From NCBI GenBank assembly GCA_963718915.1, contig CAVRAI010000015.1:1012981-1044980 (forward strand): DNA of 32,000 nt. The letters run 5' to 3'. Source of the stretch: an uncultured Chloroflexia bacterium. GTDB lineage: Bacteria > Chloroflexota > Ktedonobacteria > Ktedonobacterales > JADMIN01. The position numbers and the translations under genes were made by a program. Shown in pieces: positions 16,868 through 24,749 of the stretch. Numbering within the stretch: position 1 is the stretch's first letter; each line of letters opens with the position of its first letter. The notes under the pieces were generated by a model. It ran no database searches, was not told where the DNA came from, and was given only the letters and a program-made list of their open reading frames with translations.

Positions 16868-17238
16868 CGCCAGCTTAGCGTATGGTGATGTTCAAATCGC
16901 CCTCCCGTAACTGGCCACCATCGCTCCGCATGTGGACATGAATGTGGTATGCTCCACCTGTCCGTTCATCACGTATGCATCTCTTCGGTGTTGGCGCTGG
17001 CGTAGCTCTTACAAGCCTGCCCTCCTCCCCACTGAACCAGTGCCGTCTTTCACGAGCGACATGACCCACGTCGCTTTGCAGCACATGACAGCAAGTCTCA
17101 GATGCAACTGCGGTTTAGGCAGCCTGCTACACGTAATTGATTGGCGTCTATGCGCCCAGTGCCCAATGCTGTGTCCCAGGCCATGACTCCAGCCTTCCCA
17201 TGCGCTGAGCGATTGCTTGGCCGCACATTGCCATAGCT

Positions 17239-19599
17239 GTGCATGACCTTGTATGGCTATGCAAGATAAGGATGAACCGAGTGCAGAAGTTCCAAATCGA
17301 CAAGATTGCGGTGATCGGCACCTATATGCCGCGCCAATGTGGTGTGGCCACGTTCACCACCGACTTCTGCGAGGCTCTCAGCGCCCAATACCCGGATGCT
17401 TCGATCTGTGCCATCCCGGTGAACGATACAAGCGAAGGCTATCCCTATCCCTCTCGTGTGGAGTTCGAGATCGCTGAGCGCGACATCGAGTCGTACCGTC
17501 AGGCTGCGGACTATCTGAACATCAATCGTGTGGATCTGGTTGTGCTCCAGCACGAATATGGCATTTTCGGCGGACCCTCTGGCAGCTACATCTTAGAATT
17601 ACTGCGTGAGCTACGCATGCCGATTGTCACCGTACTTCATACGGTTCTGGACAAACCTGATCGCAACCAGCGCAAGGTGCTAGACGAGGTTGCGCGTCTC
17701 TCTGACCGCCTGGTGGTCATGAGCCACCACGCCCTCGACGTGCTGCACGACCTTTACCTGGTGCCGCGTGAGAAGGTCAGCTACATCCCCCACGGCATTC
17801 CCGATGTTCCCTTCGTTGATCCTAACTTCTACAAGGACGAGTTTGATGCCGCGGGGAAGGTGGTGCTTTTGACCTTCGGGCTGCTCTCACCGAATAAAGG
17901 GATTGAGCACGTCATCGCCGCCATGCCGACCATTCTGAAGCGCTATCCCGACGCCCTTTACTTTGTCCTCGGCGCAACACACCCGCACGTCAGGCGGCGA
18001 GATGGCGAAGCCTATCGTCTGATGCTCCAGCGGCTTGCCCGAGAGCACGGTGTCGAGCACGCGGTCGTCTTCTACAACCAGTTTGTTCGGCTCGAGAAAT
18101 TGGTGGAGTTCATCGGCGCGACCGATATCTATGTCACACCCTACCTTAACCGTGAGCAAATCGTCTCTGGCACACTCGCCTACGCTGTCGGCACGGGCAA
18201 GGCAGTCATTTCCACGCCCTACTGGCACGCCGAAGAATTGCTCAGCGAGGGGCGAGGCATTGTCGTGCCTTTCCGCGACTCCGCCGCGATCGCGGAGCAA
18301 GTCATCTGGCTGCTCGATCACGACGCTGAGCGTCATGCTATGCGCAAGCGCGGGTACGAACTTGGCCGCGAGATGACCTGGTCGCAGGTCGCTCGATGCT
18401 ACATGTCACTCTTCGACCAGGTGCGTGAGCAACGCCTCCTTGTGCCTCAAGCCGGGAGTGTCTCGCGGCGCCTGTTGCGCCCGCATTCGCTTCCTCCGCT
18501 TAGTCTGAGTCATCTCCAACGTATGACTGACGACACGGGTCTTCTCCAGCATGCCACCTTCTCTGTCCCAAACTACGGAGAAGGATATTCCATCGACGAT
18601 AATGCCCGTGGACTGATTGCCACGGTTCTGATGGAAGAACTTGGGCTGGGTTCAGCCGAAGAGGTTGCCGCGCTGGCAGGACGCTATCTGGCGTTCATTG
18701 CGCACGCGTTCAACGAAGACGCTGGCCGCTTTCGCAACCTGCTGTCTTTCGACCGCCGCTGGTTGGAGGATGTCGGTTCGGAGGATAGTCACGGGCGCAC
18801 TCTGTGGGCGCTTGGCATGGTTATTGGGCGCTCGACCGACGAGGGGCATGTGGGTCTAGCAAGCTTACTCTTCAATCGTGCGCTTCTCGCCGTCACTGAG
18901 TTTACCGCTCCGCGTGCCTGGTCATTTGCACTGCTAGGCATCCACGAATACCTCAAACGCTTCGCCAGTGATCGCGGTGTGCAACGGGCCCGCGACGATC
19001 TCGCTGACCAGCTGATGCAAGTATTCATCGTCAACGGTGAGCCGGGCTGGCCATGGTTCGAGGACATTCTGACCTATGATAATGCAACACTGCCCCGTGC
19101 ATTGTTGCTCGCCGGCGTTGATATGAACAATGCTGACTATACCAAGGCAGGTGTCACTGCGCTGACGTGGCTCATGGAACTCCAGTTTGGCGAGGACGGG
19201 CACTTTATACCCATCGGTTGCCACGGCTTTTACCGGCGTGGCGAAGAGCGTGCGCGCTTTGATCAGCAGCCGATTGAAGCTTACGCGTCAATCGCTGCCT
19301 GCCTAGCTGCCTTCCGAGAGACGGAAGACCTACACTGGCACGTACAGGCTCAAGCTGTCTTCGATTGGTTTCTCGGACGCAATGATCTCGGCGTCTCGCT
19401 CGTCGATCCCGCGACTGGGGCATGCTACGACGGCCTCCAGCCTGACTGGGTCAACCAGAATCAGGGCGCCGAATCGACCCTGGCGTTCCTGCTTGCGCTC
19501 CTGGAGCTGCGCGCGACGGAGGCCGAACTCCTCGCGGAGGAAGCCGCGCGCGAGGCTGAGCGACTCGTGCTGGCGAAGGGAGTGTCCGCTCATGCGTGA
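17239..19599 (+). CDS. two-domain glycosyltransferase: N-terminal GT4 (GT-B) domain fused to a roughly 380-aa all-helical domain, possibly an (alpha/alpha)6-barrel
   Basis: 786-aa ORF. The N-terminal half has GT4-like features (IAVIGTYMPRQCGVATFT, LLTFGLLSPNKGIEHVI, TPYLNREQIVSGTLAYAVGTGKAVISTPYWHAEELL with the E-x7-E-like region). The C-terminal half (from about LPPLSLSHLQRMTDDTGLLQHA) is rich in W/aromatic helical repeats. The likely true start is ATG 17272 (MNRVQKF). Confidence 0.85.
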   Translation: MHDLVWLCKIRMNRVQKFQIDKIAVIGTYMPRQCGVATFTTDFCEALSAQYPDASICAIPVNDTSEGYPYPSRVEFEIAERDIESYRQAADYLNINRVDLVVLQHEYGIFGGPSGSYILELLRELRMPIVTVLHTVLDKPDRNQRKVLDEVARLSDRLVVMSHHALDVLHDLYLVPREKVSYIPHGIPDVPFVDPNFYKDEFDAAGKVVLLTFGLLSPNKGIEHVIAAMPTILKRYPDALYFVLGATHPHVRRRDGEAYRLMLQRLAREHGVEHAVVFYNQFVRLEKLVEFIGATDIYVTPYLNREQIVSGTLAYAVGTGKAVISTPYWHAEELLSEGRGIVVPFRDSAAIAEQVIWLLDHDAERHAMRKRGYELGREMTWSQVARCYMSLFDQVREQRLLVPQAGSVSRRLLRPHSLPPLSLSHLQRMTDDTGLLQHATFSVPNYGEGYSIDDNARGLIATVLMEELGLGSAEEVAALAGRYLAFIAHAFNEDAGRFRNLLSFDRRWLEDVGSEDSHGRTLWALGMVIGRSTDEGHVGLASLLFNRALLAVTEFTAPRAWSFALLGIHEYLKRFASDRGVQRARDDLADQLMQVFIVNGEPGWPWFEDILTYDNATLPRALLLAGVDMNNADYTKAGVTALTWLMELQFGEDGHFIPIGCHGFYRRGEERARFDQQPIEAYASIAACLAAFRETEDLHWHVQAQAVFDWFLGRNDLGVSLVDPATGACYDGLQPDWVNQNQGAESTLAFLLALLELRATEAELLAEEAAREAERLVLAKGVSAHA

Positions 19600-19664
19600 C
19601 CGCACCTCGCCCGGCTTTGAGGGACTACGCCCTCGCAGGATTACAATGCTGATGGAGCACATCA

Positions 19665-20660
19665 ATGCCTTTTGAGAATGCGCTGCACGAAGTCCTCTTC
19701 CACCGGCATCCACGCAATCCCATTCTGCGGCCATCGGACTGGCCGTATCCTATCAACACAGCATTCAATCCAGGGGTAGCGCGCCTCTCAGATGGCTCAA
19801 CGCTCCTGCTCTGCCGCGTGGAAGATCGCCGAGGGTTCTCTCACTTCTGCGCCGCGCGCTCTCAAAATGGCATCGATGGCTGGCGGATTGATCCACAGCC
19901 AACATTGCAGCCGGATCCCACCGGCCATCCTGAGGAACTCTGGGGCATCGAGGACGCGCGCATTACCTATGTGCCCGAACACCAGGCGTACTACGTCGCC
20001 TATACCGCGTATTCGCGAACTGGTCCGGGGGTTTCATTGGCCAGGACCACCGATTTCGCTGAGTTCGAACGGCTCGGGGCCATCATGCCGCCCGAGAACA
20101 AAGATGCAGCCCTGATGCCCCATCGCATCGGAAACCGTTGGGCGCTGATCCACCGGCCCATGAGACCGGACAGTGCGCATATCTGGCTGTCGTATTCGTC
20201 GGATCTGGAGCATTGGAGCGATCATCGGCGCATATTGGCAGCGCGCGAGGGGGCGTGGTGGGACGCCAACAAAGTCGGCCTCTCCTGTCCGTTGATCGAG
20301 ACGTCTGACGGCTGGCTCATGATTTACCATGGGGTGCACATCACTGCGTCAGGAGCACTTTATCGACTCGGCTTGGCCCTTTTCGATCTCCAGCAGCCGG
20401 AACACTGTCTGCTTCGCGGAGATGAGTGGGTCTTCGGGCCAGAAGCTCCTTATGAGCGCGCCGGTGATGTCGACAACGTCGTCTTCCCGTGTGGATACAC
20501 GATTGGAGAGGATGGCGACACCCTGTATATGTATTACGGGGCAGCCGACACCTGCATTGCGCTTGCTACCGCAAGCGTGCGCACGCTGCTTTCCTGGCTG
20601 CGCCAGTATGGTCACGGTGTAGATTCGGAGTCAGAGAGCACGGAAGCAAGTCCGGGCTAA
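19665..20660 (+). CDS. GH130-family glycoside phosphorylase/hydrolase (beta-mannoside-active family)
   Basis: 331 aa with a five-bladed-propeller GH130-like pattern: RNPILRPSDWPY...NTAFNPGVARL, WGIEDARITY, YYVAYTAYS, ENKDAALMPHRIGNRWALIHRP, WWDANKVGLSCPLIETSDGWLMIYHGV, YRLGLALFDL, VVFPCGYTI..DGDTLYMYYGAADTCIALA. RBS GGAG at 19654-19657. Confidence 0.85.
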   Translation: MPFENALHEVLFHRHPRNPILRPSDWPYPINTAFNPGVARLSDGSTLLLCRVEDRRGFSHFCAARSQNGIDGWRIDPQPTLQPDPTGHPEELWGIEDARITYVPEHQAYYVAYTAYSRTGPGVSLARTTDFAEFERLGAIMPPENKDAALMPHRIGNRWALIHRPMRPDSAHIWLSYSSDLEHWSDHRRILAAREGAWWDANKVGLSCPLIETSDGWLMIYHGVHITASGALYRLGLALFDLQQPEHCLLRGDEWVFGPEAPYERAGDVDNVVFPCGYTIGEDGDTLYMYYGAADTCIALATASVRTLLSWLRQYGHGVDSESESTEASPG

Positions 20661-20680
20661 CGGCAACTCGACAGGGTCAG

Positions 20681-21685
20681 CTATCTGCTACCAGGGACCA
20701 TATCCTCGCAATTTGTGATGCCAGCCAGCACCGGAATCTCATTGGCTTCAGGATCGATGCGCAGTTCGTTCATGATCCGCGTCATGGCTGGAACGGCCCT
20801 GGCAACCTTGCTCGCTCCTCGTAGGCGGCGCGCGTCCGACACTTCCGCGCAGACGTATCTCGCCGAGGCGTGGGTAGACGCCGATGTGTTGCCCGGCCGT
20901 TCGCGAGTCGAGCGCGAGGGCCATCGAGACCCTCGCGGCAAGGTCATTGTCTGCCACGAGGTCGTTGTGTAGCTCCGACATTCCTGTGATGCCCTGGATC
21001 TGATCCTCGGCCATGCGCCGCAAAAGGTCATTAGAGACGTGCCCTCGCACTGGACGACCCCGTCGAGCGGGCGGATCTCGATCGCCGCGAGGTCGAGGCG
21101 CAAGGGCGCATGATCGAACAACTGGTCGTAGATGTCCTGGCGCAACTGCTCATCGGGGCGATAGGGCAACAGGCGATCCGGCGATATGCCCAGGCGCGCC
21201 GTGACTTGCTGGGCGGCGACACTGGTCACCGCGCGCGCTGGTACCAGTACTTCCCCCCGCCATCCGCGATCCACGACAAGGCTACGTAACGCGTGTGTCA
21301 CGGGATCAACCGTTATCTGAACGAGACGCCCCAGCTGTTTTCCGGCCACGTCACCCCTTTCGCGCGCGTCACGAGCGTCGATGGTGTTCATCCGTGTAGA
21401 GCTGGAGAGCACGATACCGCTATCTGAAGGCATCCAGGACCACTTTTCTATCTCGGCGAGTGCGATATTCAAAGTGACCCTCTCGGCGTCGGCGCCAGTA
21501 ACGACCTCCACTGGAACGAAATAGTGGTGGCGGCTGAACAGGCGCACGCGAATGCCAAGATAAGTGAGAGTCTGTCCCTGCTCATCAGCCACGACCGCTA
21601 CCGCTACTAGTTTGCCGGCCGTGCCGTCACTGGCCCAGATGTCCGCGCCGAGGCGAAACTTCCACGCTTCCGCGGACGACGTCAT
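20681..21685 (-). pseudogene. PRC-barrel (x2) + BON (x2) domain stress-type protein; the central ~70 codons are readable only in another frame (compensating frameshift pair)
   Basis: The track ORF (frame A) gives two PRC-like units, then DEQLRQDIYDQLFDHAPLRLDLAAIEIRPLDGVVQ, then R/S/T/W-rich nonsense, then SDARRLRGASKVARAVPAMTRIMNELRIDPEAN. Frame B (ORF 20748-21050) covers the nonsense stretch with (L)RGHVSNDLLRRMAEDQIQGITGMSELHNDLVADNDLAARVSMALALDSRTAGQHIGVYPRLGEIRLRGSV. This completes two canonical BON domains. Junctions lie at about 21048-21053 and 20835-20842. Start ATG 21685 (MTSSAEAW). Confidence 0.75.
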
Positions 21686-21714
21686 TGTTGCTGTCTCACA
21701 TGTCGCATCTGGAG

Positions 21715-22062
21715 TTATGCATCGAACCACGGCACAGCCGATGCTCCACCATCAACTGCCCACGCCGTGTCCAGCGGGTCCGGAGTCTCGTCGGTGGCCT
21801 CGTCCATACGTTGACCGTAGCCCTGCACCCAACCCACGAAATACTCGTCCTGCTGAGCAGGATGAAGCAACTCCTGCTGCGTGCACGAGACCTCCCATGC
21901 TTCCTGTAGCAGGGCACGGGTGCTCAGAAATTCAGGCGCGTGAGCCGATGCCGCGATGTGCCCATCCACCATTCCTTTGGTGTGCATCATGGCGCAGGCA
22001 TGCATAGCATGCGTGCTTCCGAGCCATACCACCTCGGCGTGTTGATCCTGTCCGGCTGTCAT
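21715..22062 (-). CDS. hypothetical protein with a His/Met/Cys-rich N-terminus
   Basis: ATG 22062 is preceded by GAAGGA. MTAGQDQHAEVVWLGSTHAMHACAMMHTKGMVDGHIAASAHAPEF... No family recognised. Ends 30 nt before the PRC-BON start. Confidence 0.5.
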   Translation of the reverse strand: MTAGQDQHAEVVWLGSTHAMHACAMMHTKGMVDGHIAASAHAPEFLSTRALLQEAWEVSCTQQELLHPAQQDEYFVGWVQGYGQRMDEATDETPDPLDTAWAVDGGASAVPWFDA

Positions 22063-22137
22063 TGTCTTGTCCTTCTGTCTCGTCGCCCTTTTCATAGCAG
22101 CCGCTCTGGTCACTGTTCTCTCATTTGCCTGACTGTT

Positions 22138-22560
22138 TCAACATTTCTCAAGTAAAGCCATGAGGTACTCAATCAGCATCTCCGATGCAGCTGACTGCTC
22201 GGTTGTGATGACTAGAGCTTATGGGGCGTAGAGAGGTTGCCATGAGACGTACATGCAGAGCCCTTCATGGAGTCAGCTATGCTTATGGTGGCTGTAGCCA
22301 GCAGCTTTGAGCGCGGCGCCGACCTCATCGACGTGTCACCGCCGCCCATGAAAAAGACCTGCGCCGTCATCGTGCCACCTCTTTACATACTTTGGCAGGG
22401 CGGGACACGAGCGCAGGTGGGAGAGGATATCAGGAACAGGGGCCTGTTTGTATCGTCACCATAGTGCTGGTGTACCATCGCATCGCCACAGCCGCCGTTC
22501 AGCAGCCACATGGGCGTCAGATGGAACTGGCATCTGGTGCTCACTTCATCGCTTTATGGA
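22138..22560 (-). pseudogene. relic of an alpha/beta-hydrolase (dienelactone-hydrolase/esterase-like) gene with in-frame stops and at least one frameshift
   Basis: One minus-strand frame reads ...KRWHDDGAGLFHGRR*HVDEVGAALKAAGYSHHKHS*LHEGLCMYVSWQPLYAP*ALVITTEQSAASEMLIEYLMALLEKC*. Internal stops are at 22336-22338, 22273-22275 and 22219-22221. This resembles the C-terminal lfHG..D..v....l...L..aG.......y.g.gH.F....fl pattern. Upstream, another frame reads MWLLNGGCGDAMV (a possible G-x-C-x-G nucleophile elbow). Recognition is by eye only. Confidence 0.35.
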
Positions 22561-22712
22561 TATTTTCGTATGCATTCCATACACTAATGAGCATACCTCT
22601 TTTTGATCATCTTTTGCTTGCACCAGGTGGAACTGCACAGTTTGTGGTACATTGAAGAAGGAGTGGCCTCTGCTTGTGCTCGTGAGTGGGACCCTCTTAC
22701 GAAGGAACACGC

Positions 22713-23198
22713 ATGGATATCTCCTCCATGGATTCGGACTCTGGCATTGCCCGCTCGCTTAGCTATTTCCCTGCGGCGGTCTATCGTTGGATGCAGCGCC
22801 GGATTCGCGCCCGTATGGAATCTCCTCGCATTCTCTTGCTCACTACCATTGGAGATGACACAGGCGAACCCCAGACGGTCGCTATAGGCTATTTCGAGGA
22901 TGGTCCAGATCTCGTGGTCATAGCGTCGAACTACGGGAGTGACCAGCATCCCACTTGGTATCGCAATATGCACGCACGCCCACTGGTGGGCGTACAGATC
23001 GAGGAGCGTGTCCGGGAAATGGTGGCTTCGACAGCTACGTTCTCCGAGCGTGCACAGCTCCGTGTGCGGCTAGCGACCGAGGACAAGCAATACGGCCGTT
23101 ACCAGCGGAACACTGCCCGCGAGATCCCCATCGTGCTCTTGCGTCCTGCTGAACTGGCACTGACAAACTTGGGCAACACATCTCTCTCGTGCATATGA
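22713..23198 (+). CDS. deazaflavin (F420)-dependent nitroreductase/quinone-reductase family protein (Ddn-like)
   Basis: ILLLTTIGDDTGEPQTVAIGYFEDGPDLVVIASNYGSDQHPTWYRNMHARPLVGVQIEE...YGRYQRNTAREIPIVLLRP matches the family pattern LLLTT.GRkSG..r..Pl.y..dg...vvvaSn.G....P.WY.Nl.a.P.v.vq....Y..yq..t.ReIPvv.L.P. ATG 22713 is preceded by GAAGGA. Confidence 0.82.
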   Translation: MDISSMDSDSGIARSLSYFPAAVYRWMQRRIRARMESPRILLLTTIGDDTGEPQTVAIGYFEDGPDLVVIASNYGSDQHPTWYRNMHARPLVGVQIEERVREMVASTATFSERAQLRVRLATEDKQYGRYQRNTAREIPIVLLRPAELALTNLGNTSLSCI

Positions 23199-23298
23199 GG
23201 AGACCTTCTAGGTATAGCGAGGATACAGCAAGCGCCGCATCGGCTGGCGTCTCTACTATGGCAGCCAATACACAGGATCACAGACAGGAGGTGAGGCA

Positions 23299-23652
23299 AT
23301 GGCTGATGTCGAGAGGCTGAAGCAGATGGCCGAGGCGGTGCGCCAGCGCGCGCGGGAGCGTCAGGAAGCCGAAGACAGACGCTCAGCAGACAACTTCCAG
23401 GCGTGGATACAGACTGCCCTATCACTAGAGATGCGTGATGCTTTGCAACTCACCCTAGGCTGGGATCAGCGGCAACAAATCCCAGTGGCGACCTTCGAAC
23501 TCGGCAAGGAACGTGGTCGTCTCTACCGAGGCAAAGACCAAAGCGACGAGCTTGGAACTGTGATCGTTACCGACTCCGACGGCCGCGAAACGCTGGCGGC
23601 GTCGATTCATTCGGAAGATGAACTGCTGCTGTTTATCGAGAAGTACTTGTGA
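23299..23652 (+). CDS. hypothetical protein (charged helical N-terminus)
   Basis: 117-aa ORF with a strong RBS AGGAGGTGAGG (23286-23296). Composition is coherent. No family recognised. Confidence 0.55.
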   Translation: MADVERLKQMAEAVRQRARERQEAEDRRSADNFQAWIQTALSLEMRDALQLTLGWDQRQQIPVATFELGKERGRLYRGKDQSDELGTVIVTDSDGRETLAASIHSEDELLLFIEKYL

Positions 23653-23771
23653 GGCAGATGGTAAGCGAGATACCAGATAGTGAATCGGCCAGGCGAGGGG
23701 ACGATTTATAATAGCACTATTAAGCGCTGCTGGCGCCGTGCAGGCAGACAACCATACGCTGACAGGGAGGG

Positions 23772-24065
23772 ATGCCCATGTCACGAGGCATGATGGACTG
23801 GGAGGGCCGCGATCTGGTGATCCCACTGGCCATCTCCATTCGTCATTGGCACACTCCCGATTATGTCGGCGCGGTGGCGATAAGGGTACAACCGATCATT
23901 GAGACATATCTGCGCGATGCCGCGCGGGACGGTTGGCATGCGGATGAACCAACAGATTTCGCCACCTTGTTCAGCCGCTCGCGCGTGCGAACCCGGAACA
24001 ACATCTTTCGCTGGCGGGTTGATTCAGCGACGATTCGGCTGTTGCGCGCCGTCAGGAACGTGTAA
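23772..24065 (+). CDS. hypothetical protein, DUF4177-like by eye
   Basis: MMDWEGRDLVIPL...IETYLRDAARDGWHADEP...VDSATIRLLR follows the WE...GW(E/H)...R pattern of DUF4177-type small proteins. GGAGG at 23766-23770 favours ATG 23778 as the start. Confidence 0.5.
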   Translation: MPMSRGMMDWEGRDLVIPLAISIRHWHTPDYVGAVAIRVQPIIETYLRDAARDGWHADEPTDFATLFSRSRVRTRNNIFRWRVDSATIRLLRAVRNV

Positions 24066-24350
24066 AGCAAGAGGCGAAGCGCGTGGCCAGGCTGAAAACA
24101 TGCTATACTCCGAGGTGCAATGGATTGCTTTTGCTGAAGTTCACAATGGGCTCGGGAGTGGGTACAACCGACCTTAGCCCGTCGGCAGCGCCTCCTTCAC
24201 CGCAGGCGTACATCATCGGAAGTGAACGCCTCCTAAATAAGGCGCCGGTCGCTGAAGTGCGCGTTGCAAGACCCCACCTCTCCTCTGTTGTGTCTGCTTG
24301 CCGACACGGCGATACGCGAGGAACGGCCCCCACCGGCGAAGGAGACCATC

Positions 24351-24674
24351 ATGTTCACATCGGGCGACTACCAGATCGCGGTGACGTACCGCGACAGCAA
24401 CTACCTGTGGAAAGATCGCGCGGTCGATAGTATGGAGATGACTGAGACCGAGGTAAGCCCAACCGAGCGCGCCGTACACTGCTTCGTCCCTAATTTCTGG
24501 GGGCGTTTCTCGCATCCGTCGCGTATTGAACGCGTGATGGTCACGCTGCAAGGCCGCACCTTCCGATTACCCTGGCGAGCGGCGTTGAATTTGGCTGCTC
24601 CGTCGGTGTTGTCGCTGGATATCCTGCTCCACTACGATGACCATGAAATGCCGACCAGCGTGACATGGAAATGA
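24351..24674 (+). CDS. hypothetical protein
   Basis: 107 aa from ATG 24351 with RBS GAAGGAG (24338-24344). The track ORF begins at 24264, but the upstream part lacks an RBS. No family recognised. Confidence 0.5.
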   Translation: MFTSGDYQIAVTYRDSNYLWKDRAVDSMEMTETEVSPTERAVHCFVPNFWGRFSHPSRIERVMVTLQGRTFRLPWRAALNLAAPSVLSLDILLHYDDHEMPTSVTWK

Positions 24675-24749
24675 CCGTAGCCCACAGGCCCGGCGCGTGA
24701 GCCGAGTCACGTGTGCCGAATAAAGACGACGTTTGGGAAGGGTAGGCTT

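Noticed and set aside
22138-22560. In-frame TGA codons considered as evidence for TGA reassignment (Trp/Gly) or selenocysteine
   Set aside because: TGA clearly terminates many intact genes here (P450, histidine kinase, DUF4097-like frame, and others). One of the internal stops is TAA, and the gene also lacks its N-terminal half. Pseudogene is the simpler reading.
24066-24350. Possible small minus-strand ORF (MMYACGEGG..., 37 aa) with an AGGAGG upstream, and a 6-bp AGGCGT/ACGCCT stem, in the intergenic gap
   Set aside because: It is too short and there is no conservation evidence. The RBS-to-start spacing is long (about 13 nt), and the stem is weak.
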